Source: Octopus vulgaris (Eukaryota). Taken from it: a stretch of 64,000 nucleotides of DNA. Below the pieces are notes generated by a model. It had not been told where the DNA came from. It ran no database searches and worked only from the letters and a program-made list of their open reading frames with translations. A program made the translations under genes and the position numbers. Of the stretch, positions 25,723-39,789 are shown in pieces. The first letter of the stretch is position 1. The number at the start of each line of letters is the position of its first letter. Location: NCBI GenBank assembly GCA_951406725.2, contig OX597814.1, forward strand, positions 38,068,001 through 38,132,000, in the 5' to 3' direction.

Positions 25723-25941
25723 CAGTAATACCTCGACAATCGCGAGTGTTAATATTTTCCCCCACCCCACCATATGTGAAAGTCCGCGAAGTAGAAACAG
25801 TAATTTACTGTATATTTTTAAAATTATTCGTATGATTTGTATATATTTATTTTATTATAAATGCAATACAACACCACAGAGGAATCGACGAAGCTTAAAT
25901 ACTAAACTGCAATAGGTGAACCGCGATACGCCGAGCGATTG
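25723..25941. mobile_element. pogo/Tigger-like MITE (~220 bp)
   Basis: TA|CAGTaatacctcgacaatcgcg at the left; degenerate inverse cgcgatacgccgagcgattg|TA at the right. Confidence 0.5.
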
Positions 25942-28861
25942 TATTTAAAAATCTATATTTTTCTTGCAAAACCTGCGGGGTTTCAGTAATATTGAGTCGC
26001 TATAAACAGTATCAGTGCAACAACAATAACATCGACAACATCATATAAATAAACATAAGCAGTTTTAGCTAAAAATGCGGGACACTTCCTCGACATATAC
26101 GGAAGTATTCATGTTTGAACTGCACTTATAACAATCTCCATCGAAACCGAGGAAGCTTTCTACATGAAAAGCAGTAGGCAAAATGAATCTATAACATAGC
26201 TCTCGGTTTACAAAGTCAGCTCAGTTAATATTTTCTCGAAAATATATGTAATATAATTGCAGCGTGTAATTAAATTTAATTTGGGAAAATATTTTCACCA
26301 CTTTGAGACCCTGACCTGTTCACTGACAAAATTCTGTCCTGCATCTGAGAAAATTAAGTTTAAATGTTGAAGGGAATCTAACAGTTTTTGTGTGTTTCTT
26401 AAATGGCTTATGCAAGTACATCTCTGTAAAGTGTAATATACTCTTTAATAAAATAAAATATTAATCATATGCTAGCTTTGAAATAAGCATTAAGTACTGT
26501 ACCGAGAATGTAGATACAAATCTCACCTGAGAGTAGTCAGGAAACAGTAGACATTTGTATAACGATTAAACATACGAGCGTATATACATGAGTATATAAA
26601 TAAACATATATGTGCATATGTATACTCACACATGCACGCACATCTATATATCACAGGATCCACCAGTGATTTAATTCTGAAGTGGCACGTCGTGGTAGTT
26701 AAAAGAACTGAACTGTTCTTCCTTCAATTTCTTTAAATTCATCAGTATCATTCTGTTTGCCTCGTTTGTATCCTAAGGAGATGCTGTGCAAATGATGTGA
26801 CTATTGTTAGTTTGTTCCCTGTTGGTGTTCATCGTTGTCGTTGTCGTCGTTGGAATTAATGTTATTGTCGCTACTAATTTTGATGCGCTTTTCTTGGTGC
26901 TGCTGCTGTTGTTGTTGTTGTTGTTAAGCAAAAAGACGGGTGAGGGTGATTAGGTGATGGTCTAGGGCTTAGGTGCAGGAAACCGCAGACCTTGGAAAAA
27001 ATCTTTGGTCGTCTTGTTGTAGTCGAGGGCGCTTCTTTGACGCCCGACATCACTGGGAGGTGGCCCTCGAAGTCGCTGGAAATGAAAATCTCCAGGTCCA
27101 AATTCTTGGACGGCTGTTGTTGCTACTAACCTTCAGGATCTTGTTGCTGATGACATTAATGATCTTGTATACCATTTCATTTCTTTTCTTTTTCTTTTAA
27201 CCCTCGCTTTAATCTTAACGATGACCACCGCATATAATGTCCTATGACCGTATTTTATGGTAGGATTATATCACTAAAGTTATCTGTCAGAATAGTCTAT
27301 ATTAGTTGTTTGGTTGAAACGAAGAAACTAGTATTTGCTTAGCGAGGCAAAGGTAGGTAACCTTTATCTTGAAACAGGTGACTGTGTTCAACCAAAGAGT
27401 AAAGAGAGCAGAATATTGACCTATTATCCTAATGATCCATATGAAGAAACGTTTTATTTGAATGAATATTAGTGAACATATTCCTATCATGATTTTACTT
27501 GAAATGAGATATGCACCTATACTTGCCATCATTATCATCCTTAAGGCTATAATTTCTTTATATAATATTGTCTAATTAGCAGTTGAAATTTGTAAACCAG
27601 CGATTGCAGAAAGGCTAGAATAATGTGTTTAGAAGGAATAGGAGAATCACACACTAGCAGTTACTGTCACTTGACTTGTCAAGTAAACTAAAGTGAAATA
27701 GAAAGAGCAAACACATCTCCACGGTTCTCAAGAATATATTAGATAATAGTGTGTTCATGACCGATTAAATAAAAGTAATAGTCACGAACACAGTTAAAAT
27801 GACATCAACAGTAAATAAAGAAAAAAAGCAATACCTTTTGCATACGTTCGACGGTTTGTCAAAACCTTTACTGGGTGTGTTCCGAATTATTTTCAGAATC
27901 ACTAATATACCGAAGTACACATAATATAGGGCGACGACAAATGTAGTATTTAAGGTTTTAATTATTATAAAATACAAGAATTCATTCTTTTTCTTTCGAA
28001 TCTATGGACATCAGAACATATTACAGTATTCGAGTAAACTGAGGAAAGATAATTTCCGAAATACAACGAAGAGGAAGTAAGCTAGATGGCAATAAGCTTA
28101 GCCATTGCGATTGCAACGTTATATGTGATCAATTTATCATATATTAGGATAATATGCCAATGCTTTCATACGTCAAACATTCCGTTATGTATTTAAAACA
28201 ATAAAATATTATACACCGGTTTTAATTCGATATCAGCACTTGTTTTGAAATATATTTTGCCGAATACTCAAGACAAAAACATGCATGGTATATTCTACGA
28301 ATGTACACAGGGAAACTCTTAATCGATATTATATAATGTGCAGCATTGTTTGCTCTCTTCCATTCTCTAGAATTACCGTAATCCATCCAACACATTCTTT
28401 TTATTGAATTCCGGATATTTTACCAAATTAAAAAAAAAAGTTAAATTATGTTACTAAATACATGAACATATATAAATATGCGTCACTGAGTGCGATTTAA
28501 CTTCTAAGTTACTATAATAGAATTCAACTCCAGCTACTTTTGTTGAGTCTTATGCGTGATTTAACTGATATTAGAATTTTCAGCGAATATAAAAGGTATC
28601 AGACTTCGCTGGTGATGTAAATACAAAGTAAATTGATTCTGCATATTATTTTATCAGCAAATCAGTTAGATTAATTCATAGTTTCGTAGGTTCAGATAAA
28701 GAAACGTTAGGAAGGTTAATTACGATTTTAGAAACATTTCTGTATGAAAGAATAAATGAACGCAAAGGAAATATATGTCACTCATTATATAGATAAAAAT
28801 TGATACATTTATGCTACAGTACATTTCAAACACAGAGACATGGGGAGAGGAAGAGAGAAAG

Positions 28862-28881
28862 TGATAGATATATATATATAT

Positions 28882-28925
<44 letters not shown>

Positions 28926-28990
28926 GTAGGTAGGCAGATACAGAGAGAGAGAGATAGGTAGGCGTATAGACAGATAGATAAGTAGATAGA
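28862..28990 (+). repeat. (TA)n/(GATA)n compound microsatellite
   Basis: Read directly; similar (GATA)n/(TATC)n arrays at ~29460, 39362, 43905 and 61027. Confidence 0.95.
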
Positions 28991-29474
28991 AAAGGAGAAT
29001 AGAAAATAGATTCAGCGATATATTTCAATTATAATCATTAAAATTATTTCAACCCGTTCTTACAATTGCAGTACATTGCTGAGATTATAGATTTAACATG
29101 TTGTGCAATACCTATCATCCATTCAAGGATTAAGACGTGCTTTTTGGGGTCATTGTTTAAATACGTCCTTCCTGGGATCATATTCACATTTCGCTGAGTA
29201 TGAGAATGCATACTCATTTCGCCGGGCATTTATCTCTTAATATAAAGACTATGTATACCATCGAATAACTGATGTACAGCTAGTAGCAATAACATTTTTA
29301 CTATATGATTATATCAGGAAGTCAATAATTCTAGAGGAGCTTTCCATAACGTATTACAAGTCTTCTACCTTTATATGTGTGTGTGTGTGTGCGTGCGTAC
29401 ATACGTCCTTATGATCGTGAGACGAATACCCTGAACACTTATCCACGAACGTTCACATATCTATCAATCTATCA

Positions 29475-29557
<83 letters not shown>

Positions 29558-29740
29558 CATCCATCCATCCATCAATCTCTCTCTCTCTTTATATATATAT
29601 ATATATATATATTAGAAATTTCTGTGGCCTTTTTTTCGAGTAGCGTGAGTATTGTGATAAATTATATGGTAATGGAAAAAAATTTCCAACTTTCGGCATA
29701 TTTGGCATTAGAAATTTTTTCGTTTGCCCTTATTTATAAG

Positions 29741-29775
<35 letters not shown>

Positions 29776-30095
29776 TAATAACCGGTGTTATTCAAACGAT
29801 GAATAGCTTTGCGTAAATCATTGGTTCGTTTTGTTCTCTTACTTTATTATCATCTTATAATCATCTCATAATAATGACTTTAATGACTCGTATTACTACC
29901 TCAGTCAATCTAAATGTATATATTTGTAGTTTTCTGTCATAAATAGCCTTTTTCTATTTGCAATATGTATTTTCGTTGATTTTTCATATTTTACCCTTAC
30001 ATTCTCACGTGTATTTTATATTTTCTTTTCGTAAAATATTTGTACTATATATATATATATATATATATATTTACACACACATACACACACATACA

Positions 30096-30177
<82 letters not shown>

Positions 30178-31162
30178 TATATAAATATATATATACATTT
30201 ATGTATGTGTGCATGTATGCAATTTATGCATGTAAGATATAGGACACTTAGGTAGAGTACCTGTTATTGTAATTGCTTAAGAACAAGTTGTACAGGGTCA
30301 TCTGAGAACGAGTGAGCAGCTACGAAACGGTATGCAATGTGGAGCTGAGGTAAAATGTCATTGCAGACAGAGTTATACGTGTATCATATATATCGAGTAT
30401 GTGTTTGTCCGGGTGTGTCTTGTGTGTATATGTGTGTCGGTGTGCCACAGCGTGTATGTGTCTACGTGTGTGTGTGTCTTTGTGTGTGAAGAGTTGATTT
30501 TGGAAGGAAGCGAGGCATATACAAAAAACATTAAAACCGATATATAAATATTTGTAGAAACATGAGCGTAGATTGTGTAGACTTGAAAATGCGCGCACAA
30601 ATATACCACGTCGTGTGATCTGTTGGAAAAGCAACCAAATATTTGAAATACTTTTTACAATTTTAGATAGATTAATTGCACAAACGGGTTGTTGAATCTG
30701 TCCTATTATGATTATGAGATGGCGTACATTATGTTTTCTTTTGAAGATTGGCACGAAATGGGTACAATATTCTGATGATTGAAGGACAAAATTGAAAAAA
30801 AAAAAAAAAAAAAAGAATTGCAATGTTCATAAAGAATACCTTCGAAAAATATTTCTGCGTTCGCACATATATTTCACATACGTCACTGAAGCATTTCCAA
30901 ATACTGCAATACTGGAATTAAGGAAAATGTAATAACTAAGCGAAAATATTTTTACAATTATATATTTTACAAATAACTACCAAAATATGGTAGGGAAAAT
31001 ACATTTACTTACTCTCCATTAGCCTGATAGAGAATAGGTAATGTGTGTTTAAATTTGCACAAAAGAAAACCAAGAAATAATTGCAATGCACATATGGACA
31101 TAAGTAGAAAATATAAACAACCAAGCATAGATGAATATACGAACTACGTTTCAAATGAATAC

Positions 31163-31196
<34 letters not shown>

Positions 31197-31205
31197 AAAT
31201 ACATA

Positions 31206-31286
<81 letters not shown>

Positions 31287-31289
31287 GTA

Positions 31290-31337
<48 letters not shown>

Positions 31338-31339
<2 letters not shown>

Positions 31340-31806
31340 ATTCCATCTTCCTAGAGGATGGAATCAGGCGTACAACAGAAATCGACATAGAATCTCTGAG
31401 AAAAGTTCAACACAGCAACAAACCTCCCCCCAAAATACTGTCTCATATATCCACACACAACCCCAGAAATAAAGAAGCCTACACCATCATCACCCAGAAT
31501 TTACTAATGCTTCATAAGGACCCCAATTTAAAGGAAATTCTAAACATACATAAAATCATTAAAAGCTACAAACAACCTAAATCACTAAAAAAGATTCTCA
31601 CAAAGGTAAAATTGTTTTCTGAAATTACGGATGCATATGTAAAAAAAATGTGTTAGACCAAACTGCGCAACATGCCCAAACCTTCTAGAACGATCAGAAT
31701 TCCTCTGCAAAGAGGGACAAAATTCATGATCAAATCTAATTTTACTTGTGCTTCAGAAAACATAATTTATGTCGTAAGATGTTCGGGCTACACAAGGTAT
31801 TATCAA
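31338..31806 (+). mobile_element. Penelope-like retroelement remnant (linker, Cys motifs and start of the GIY-YIG endonuclease)
   Basis: Across two frameshifts: STHNPRN..IIKSYKQPKSLKKILTK.., KKCVRPNCATC, FMIKSNFTCASENIIYVVRCSG; starts directly after a (TA)n tract. Confidence 0.8.
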
Positions 31807-31952
31807 TTTAATAATAAAAACCAAATAATACAATTCTGAAGCACACGACTTTCTCCGTACAGTAAATCAACAATAAAATATACAAGCCTCACAAACTGAG
31901 CGATACAGGTCGGATACCCAACAGAAGTATACAGTTCGCATTACATGTATAT

Positions 31953-32339
31953 TCTCTTTTACTCTCGTTTACTTGTTTCAGTTATTTGACTGAAGCCATG
32001 CTGGAGCACCACCTTTAGTCGAGCAAATAGACACCAGGTCTTATTCTTTGTAAGCCTAGTACTTATTCTATCGGTTTTTTGCCGAACCGCTAGTTAAGGG
32101 GACATAGACACACCAGTATCTTTTGTCAAGCGATGTTGGAGGAACAAACACAGTCACACAAATACACACACTCATATACACATATATACGATGGGCTTCT
32201 TTCAGTTTCTGTCTACCAAATCCACTCACAATGCTTTGATCGGCCCGAGGTTGTAGTAGAAGGCATTTTTCCCTATGTACTACGCAGTGGGACAGAACCC
32301 GGAACCATGTGGTCGGTAAACAAGATACTTACCACACAG
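31953..32339 (-). mobile_element. SINE family A, near full length
   Basis: Reverse complement aligns end to end with 18245-18610. Confidence 0.9.
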
Positions 32340-32550
32340 AAGAAGAAGGAGAAGAAGAAGAAGAAGAAGAAGAAGAAGAAGAAGAAGAAGAAGAAGAGAA
32401 AGAAGAAGAAGAAGAAGAAGAAGAAGAAGAAGAAGAAGAAGAAGAAGAAGAAGAAGAAGAAGAAGAAGAAGAAGAAGAAGAAGAAGAAGAAGAAGAAGAA
32501 GAAGAAGAAGAAGAAGAAGAAGAAGAAGAAGATGATGATGGAGAAGAAGA
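32338..32550 (+). repeat. (GAA)n microsatellite
   Basis: Read directly; explains the poly-K and poly-E ORFs. Confidence 0.97.
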
Positions 32551-32736
32551 ATCCTTTCTGCTATAGGCGCAATCTCTGAAAAGTAAGGGGATGGAAATTG
32601 TCGATTATTTTCTCGAACTCGAAGGATGAAAGGCTAAATCAACTTCGGCGGAATTTGAACTCAGAACATGACGATTGATGAAATGCTGCTGAGCCTTTTA
32701 CCCGGCATGCTAACAATACTGCCAGCACACCGACTT
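32550..32736 (-). mobile_element. SINE family B, internally deleted
   Basis: gaaggatgaaaggc..cttcggcggaatttgaactcagaac..cccggcatgctaac..tgccagc. Confidence 0.8.
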
Positions 32737-32851
32737 GATAATAGTATCATTAACGATGAGGAAAACGATGCTGATGATGATGATGATGGTGAGAACCCTA
32801 TAGAAGTATTCTTGGCATCTCTTTTTTTCCAGCAGTGTAATCTGATGAGTG

Positions 32852-32853
<2 letters not shown>

Positions 32854-32893
<40 letters not shown>

Positions 32894-32905
32894 AATATTA
32901 ATAAT

Positions 32906-33000
<95 letters not shown>
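32854..33000 (+). repeat. (AAT)n microsatellite
   Basis: Read directly. Confidence 0.97.
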
Positions 33001-33002
<2 letters not shown>

Positions 33003-33556
33003 CGCCCTGATGCAGTACTAGACAGTGGTTCTCATAGCTTCTAATCTTAACTGATTGGAAGAGTTATCATGTGCATCATTTGTCTTGGTATAAAAGATGG
33101 GCTACAGCAAATATTCTGCTCAGTACCACAGATTTGCTTGTCAGTTGTTTGACCTTAACCAGTTGAGCATGTCCCTTGGTGGCTGACAATATGTGCATCT
33201 CTTATCATGAGCGGAAATAGTGGGGGAGCATCATAGCCGTGTGTTGAAAGGAATTCTTGGAGGTTTGGATAATTCACCTTTGGAAACATGGGTGTTTCGT
33301 TGAACATGCTTAAACAATCCTTATTCAGGGACCTATTGAGCAGGATGGGCTACTCGACCAGAAGAAAATTCTAACTGGGTCCCATCTGCAAGGTAATGCG
33401 CTGTTTATCTTGATATGAGATCATCAAATCGCGTACATATGGTTGTGATGCATGTGCCTGGTGTACCCTTAACAGACGGGTAGTCATGATGGGTATACTG
33501 GGCTTCGTATATTTTACCCCAGTGTCACTTTGATGTCATTCACTGCTCTTTCACTC
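33001..33556 (+). mobile_element. ~555-bp non-coding repeat, copy 1, bounded by (AAT)n
   Basis: Aligns over its whole length with 33630-34180; identical 3' junction cactc|aataat; strand inferred from the (AAT)n tail. Confidence 0.85.
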
Positions 33557-33618
<62 letters not shown>

Positions 33619-33629
33619 TAATAATAATA

Positions 33630-34180
33630 CTGATGCAGTACCAGGCAATGGCTCTCATGGCTTCTGATCTTAACTGATTGGAAGTGTTATCATGTACATT
33701 GTTTTGTCTTGGTATAAAAGATGGGCTACAGCAAATATTCTGCTCAATACCACAGATTTGCTTGACAGTTGTTTGACCTTAACCGGTTGAGCATGTCCCT
33801 TAGTGGCTGACGATATGTGCATCTCTGATCACGAGCAGAAGTAGTGGGGGAGCATCATAGCCATGTGTTGAGAGGGATTCTTTGGGGTTTGAATAATTCA
33901 CCTCTGGAAACATGGGTGGTTCTTTCAACATCCTTAAACAACCCTTATTCAGGGACCGTTTGAGCGGGATGGGCTACTCAACCTGAAGAAAATTCTAACT
34001 GGGCCCCACCTGCAAGGTCATGTGCTGTTTATCTTGATATGAGATCACCATGTCGCGCACATATGGTTGTGATGCATGTGCCTGGTGTGCCTTTATCAGA
34101 CGGGTAGTCATGATGGGTATATTGGGCTTCGTATATTTTACCCCAGTGTCAATTTGATGGCATGAACTGCTCTCTCACTC
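33630..34180 (+). mobile_element. ~550-bp non-coding repeat, copy 2, bounded by (AAT)n
   Basis: Direct repeat of 33001-33556 with scattered substitutions and small indels. Confidence 0.85.
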
Positions 34181-34419
34181 AATAATAATAATAATAATAA
34201 TAATAGAGCGGTATCCTTGTCAGCCGCTGGACGTGTTCTTTGCTGCTCTGACAAGTCAGCAGCCGAGGACACAGAAACACTAATACAACCCAGCAGGACA
34301 GCTGAATTATAACTCTCAAAGACTGGAATATCTACAATTTCCTATAAGTATTTTAAAATTCCCTCAAAATAAGTTAAGAAACTCACATATCAATAGGTGT
34401 TGAAAACACAATCGATCAG

Positions 34420-34965
34420 TTTTAAGAACTTTATTATCTACCACTTCTGTGAATACATATCGTTCCCTTTCTCCCTGAGTATTCGAAAATGTAAATATCC
34501 TTTATATTATAACAACACTGCGTGGACTTATAAAAGACCGTCCTTGTAAATCTTAAAATTGTAAAATCTAAAACTTTCTGTGAAAGTTTTACCCTCTTTC
34601 TCATTCCTTTCCTTTCTCCTTGTGTCTTCGAAAATGTAAATATCCTCTTTATTATAAGAACACTAGATTTTTCTCTGTTCGGGCATACAAAAGATCATCT
34701 TTATTAAACCTTACAATTTTAATATCTAATTCTATGAAAATTTTACTCTCCTTTTCTTTTTTTCCTTCCTCCCCGAGTATTCGAAAATGTAAATATCCTT
34801 TTTATTGCAAAAGCACTACATTCTTCTCTTTTCAGACATACAAACGAACATCTCAAAAATATTTAAAAAGTTTAATATCCACAATTTGGTGTGGAAAATT
34901 TATCTTTCTTTTTTCCCTAAATACTCGAATATGTAAACATACCTCTTATTGTAACAACACAATTA
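34420..34965 (+). repeat. Diverged tandem repeat, ~4 units, period 144-153 bp
   Basis: The anchor tcgaa(a/t)atgtaaa recurs at 34483, 34628, 34781 and 34925 with similar flanks. Confidence 0.85.
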
Positions 34966-35268
34966 AATGCACGATAAAAAAAAAACAAATTTTGAAGAGG
35001 TAAGCACCTACCAATACATACAAACTGTGCAATTACAAAAACTGTAATTCACAGCAAAATTTATAAAAAGCGAAGTAAAATTTCAAAGGAAAAAAAAAAA
35101 TTCAGAAATTCCAAAATTCAACGAGTTGAACATCAATATAAAATATGTAATAATTTTTCTATCAATAATTACAGATAGAACAAGGTGATTCGATTCTTTT
35201 TTAGGCCAAGATCAGCGTTCTCATTGTTTGCTATTAGAATTAAGCACATTTGACTTCTACAGACACCA

Positions 35269-35614
35269 AGGGTGTGAGGCCGCTTTTGTTTCGTATATCG
35301 CACAGGAATGCTCATTGCTGATCTCTTCACCATCTACCGAATCAGATTAGAGATCTGTGGAATTTGATCTACTCACCAAGTCGTCTATCTTGCTTCATTG
35401 AACACTCATATACTTCTGATCATTATTAAAATAATATTACATGTATTAATAATACATTTTATTATTAAAATGTATTATTGGATGTTGTTTAGTTTCAACT
35501 TTTGTCTTGTACTTGGGATGATCAGAAGTGTGTGAGTGTTTAAGGAAGTAAGATAGACTAGATCAGCAATGAGCATTCCTGTGCGATGACGAGAAAAAAG
35601 CGGCCTCACACCCT
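35269..35614. mobile_element. Fold-back/MITE-like element with ~95-bp terminal inverted repeats
   Basis: agggtgtgaggccgcttt...atcgcacaggaatgctcattgctgatct pairs with agatcagcaatgagcattcctgtgcgat...aaagcggcctcacaccct; a second 41-bp stem lies inside; no clear TSD. Confidence 0.8.
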
Positions 35615-35759
35615 ATATTATAATATTGTTATAATAATGATAATAATAATGGTGATGGTGGTAAAAACGATGATAATAATAATTTAGCTAAAACTTATGT
35701 CGAATGAGAGGAAATATTAGCAATGGCAAATAGTAGGAAAACAATGAAAATATTAATAT

Positions 35760-35785
35760 CAGTAATGATGATGATGATGCTGATG

Positions 35786-35816
<31 letters not shown>

Positions 35817-35822
35817 TAATAC

Positions 35823-35905
<83 letters not shown>

Positions 35906-35980
35906 AGAGGAAGGAGAAGAAGAAGAAGAACAACAACAACAACAATAACAAGAACAAGAACAAGAACAAGAACAAGAAGA
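35760..35980 (+). repeat. Compound (GAT)/(AAT)/(AAG)/(AAC)/(AACAAG) microsatellite
   Basis: Read directly. Confidence 0.95.
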
Positions 35981-36318
35981 ATTTTTTCTACTAAAACCAC
36001 TTGATCTGAATTTTGGAGGTGAGGAGTAGTCGATTACATCGACCCCAGTAGTGACGAACGAAATGCCGCTCACAATTTTCCCGGCATGCTAACGTTTCTG
36101 CAAACTCAGTGCCTTAACAATGATAATAATAATAATCCTTTCTACTTCAGGCATAATACCTAAAATTTGGGGGAGTGGTTAAATTTATATCCTCCATCCC
36201 GAAAGGATGAAAGCTAAAGTCGACCTCAGTGGAAATTGAACTCAGAACATAATGACAGACGAAATAGAGCTAAACATTTTGCCCGGCGTGTTAACGGTTC
36301 TGCCAGCTCACCACATTA
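35980..36318 (-). mobile_element. Two stacked SINE family B copies (35980-36116 deleted; 36134-36318) separated by a short (AAT)n
   Basis: Both end cccggc(a/g)tg(c/t)taacg..tctgc..ctca; the second carries gtcgacctcagtggaaattgaactcag. Confidence 0.8.
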
Positions 36319-36510
36319 ACAAGAAGAAGAAGAGAAAGAAGAAGAAGAAGAAGGAGAAAATGAAGATGAAGAAGGAGAGGTAGAGGAAGGGGAAGTAGAA
36401 AAAAGAAGAAGATCATGAACGACAATAATACTGTTAATAATAATAACGGTAATGATAATAATAATAATGAATATGATGATGACGACTACGACGACGACGA
36501 CGACGACGAC

Positions 36511-36553
<43 letters not shown>

Positions 36554-36599
36554 GTAACTGAAAGAATCCATTGCCCTTTTATAATAGTTTATATATATA

Positions 36600-37400
36600 T
36601 GAATTGAAAGGGAATTGCTGTAAACAGGAATCAGATACTTCTATACGAATGGAAATATTAGGTAAACTAACAAAATTGAAAAATATTATGACAACCTGAT
36701 AGGCGAAGTTACCTTGATGACAAGTATGAAAACATTTCCTGTGGTACTAGTTTACTCAGCGCTCCGCGGGAACGATTGCCTAAAAAGCTGCAGGATATTG
36801 GAAACAAAACATTATTGTCGATATGCAGAAGAGTGCCATAATGTAGTCTATTACATTTCTTGAAAAAGAACTATTTGTGATCTAAGAATAATTTTCGTCA
36901 CTAATCCTACAAATAAATTTGCATGTAACACACTGCGAGCAAAGTCTTATACAATCAGAAAAAAAATTACAAAATATATTATTTAGAACTAAAAACATCT
37001 AACAAAGAGTCGTGGTGAATTTATACATATTACTATGGAACAAGATAAAAAAAAAAGGAACAGTAATAATTTCTGACTTCATAGTTTTGAACAAATAAAA
37101 TATGGCGGTTATAAAGAAAATAAAATTAACGAGAACATGCTGGAACAGATAACATCTACATTAGATTTGAGACTTCAAAACGCCATGGTAAAACGAGGGC
37201 AGCAAAAGCTGTTATGATGCTAATACTAAACTAAGATAAACAGAGTTCTAATAGACAAAGATAAATTCGACACCAGCTGAGAATCGCAGAACTCAACGTA
37301 CGCACCGAAGATTTCCTGACTGCAGTACAGTAACAAAGTATTGCGATCCTGAAACAGGAAGCATGCAATGAATCAGCACACTGGAACTGCTTGAAAAAGT
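36600..37400 (+). mobile_element. Highly degenerate R4/Dong-like LINE fragments
   Basis: KIEKYYDNLIGEV and IVDMQKSAIM*S (~36670-36850), and TEDFLTAVQ*QSIA (~37305-37345, cf. ETEGxIxAAQDQ). Confidence 0.4.
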
Positions 37401-37589
37401 GGAGATGTTAAATAACACACACACACACTTAAACTCTGACTAACCAGTCTAAGCCAACAGAGAATAAGCGCTAAGGATTGACAAGGTCAGAGCTTACATA
37501 AATTTAACAGTTATACTGGCATTTTGATATACAGAGAACTTACACTTAGAAAATATGTCTGAGAATATCAAAGCATCTATTCAATACGA

Positions 37590-39075
<1,486 letters not shown>

Positions 39076-39170
39076 ACTCAAGAATCAAAAGGTTGTTGCC
39101 TTTTGTGTCCGTGAAATGTGTACACAATCATAATTACTCACACAAATGATTAAAAGCAGTGCTACAGACG

Positions 39171-39265
<95 letters not shown>

Positions 39266-39325
39266 GTGTGTGTGTGTGTTTGTGTGTGTGTATATATATA
39301 TGTGTATGTGTGTAGTTAGATAGTT

Positions 39326-39405
<80 letters not shown>

Positions 39406-39789
39406 ATAGGTATATAGATAGATATAATGAATAACAAATATCATCGAAAAAAAAAGCAACAACGTGAGGACGTGGTACATGCAAAATATTAATAGGACGC
39501 TCACGGAAGGAAAGAAAGTGTGTTTTACGTTGCGAGCAAAGCACTTCTTCAGAAACAGGAGACAGCGGAAAGTTCAAGAGAAAAGGAAGACGGAAAGAAT
39601 AATTGCCAACTGTCCACGTGTGGTTACATTTATATGTACATGTATAAGAATATGCGGGGTTTAAATCACCCGCGATCTAAACGAATACGTACGCTAAGTG
39701 CTATAATTGATCATCCGTTGGATTCCCGTTTCAAAGCTGAGGCTGGAGCTAATGATGCGTATTAGGCTTCCGTGTTAGCAAGTATACAT

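Noticed and set aside
33001-34180. The 550-bp repeats as LTRs (TG...CA ends, TATA box) of an LTR element or as solo LTRs
   Set aside because: No 4-6 bp TSD, PBS or PPT; only (AAT)n lies between the copies, and copy 1 extends 5' of the TG
34420-34965. CRISPR-like repeat-spacer array
   Set aside because: The inter-anchor sequences are homologous to each other, the period is ~147 bp, the context is eukaryotic and no cas genes are present
35383-35558. Canonical pre-miRNA
   Set aside because: The ~95-nt loop and very long stem do not fit an animal pre-miRNA, and I recognised no conserved mature miRNA here or elsewhere by eye
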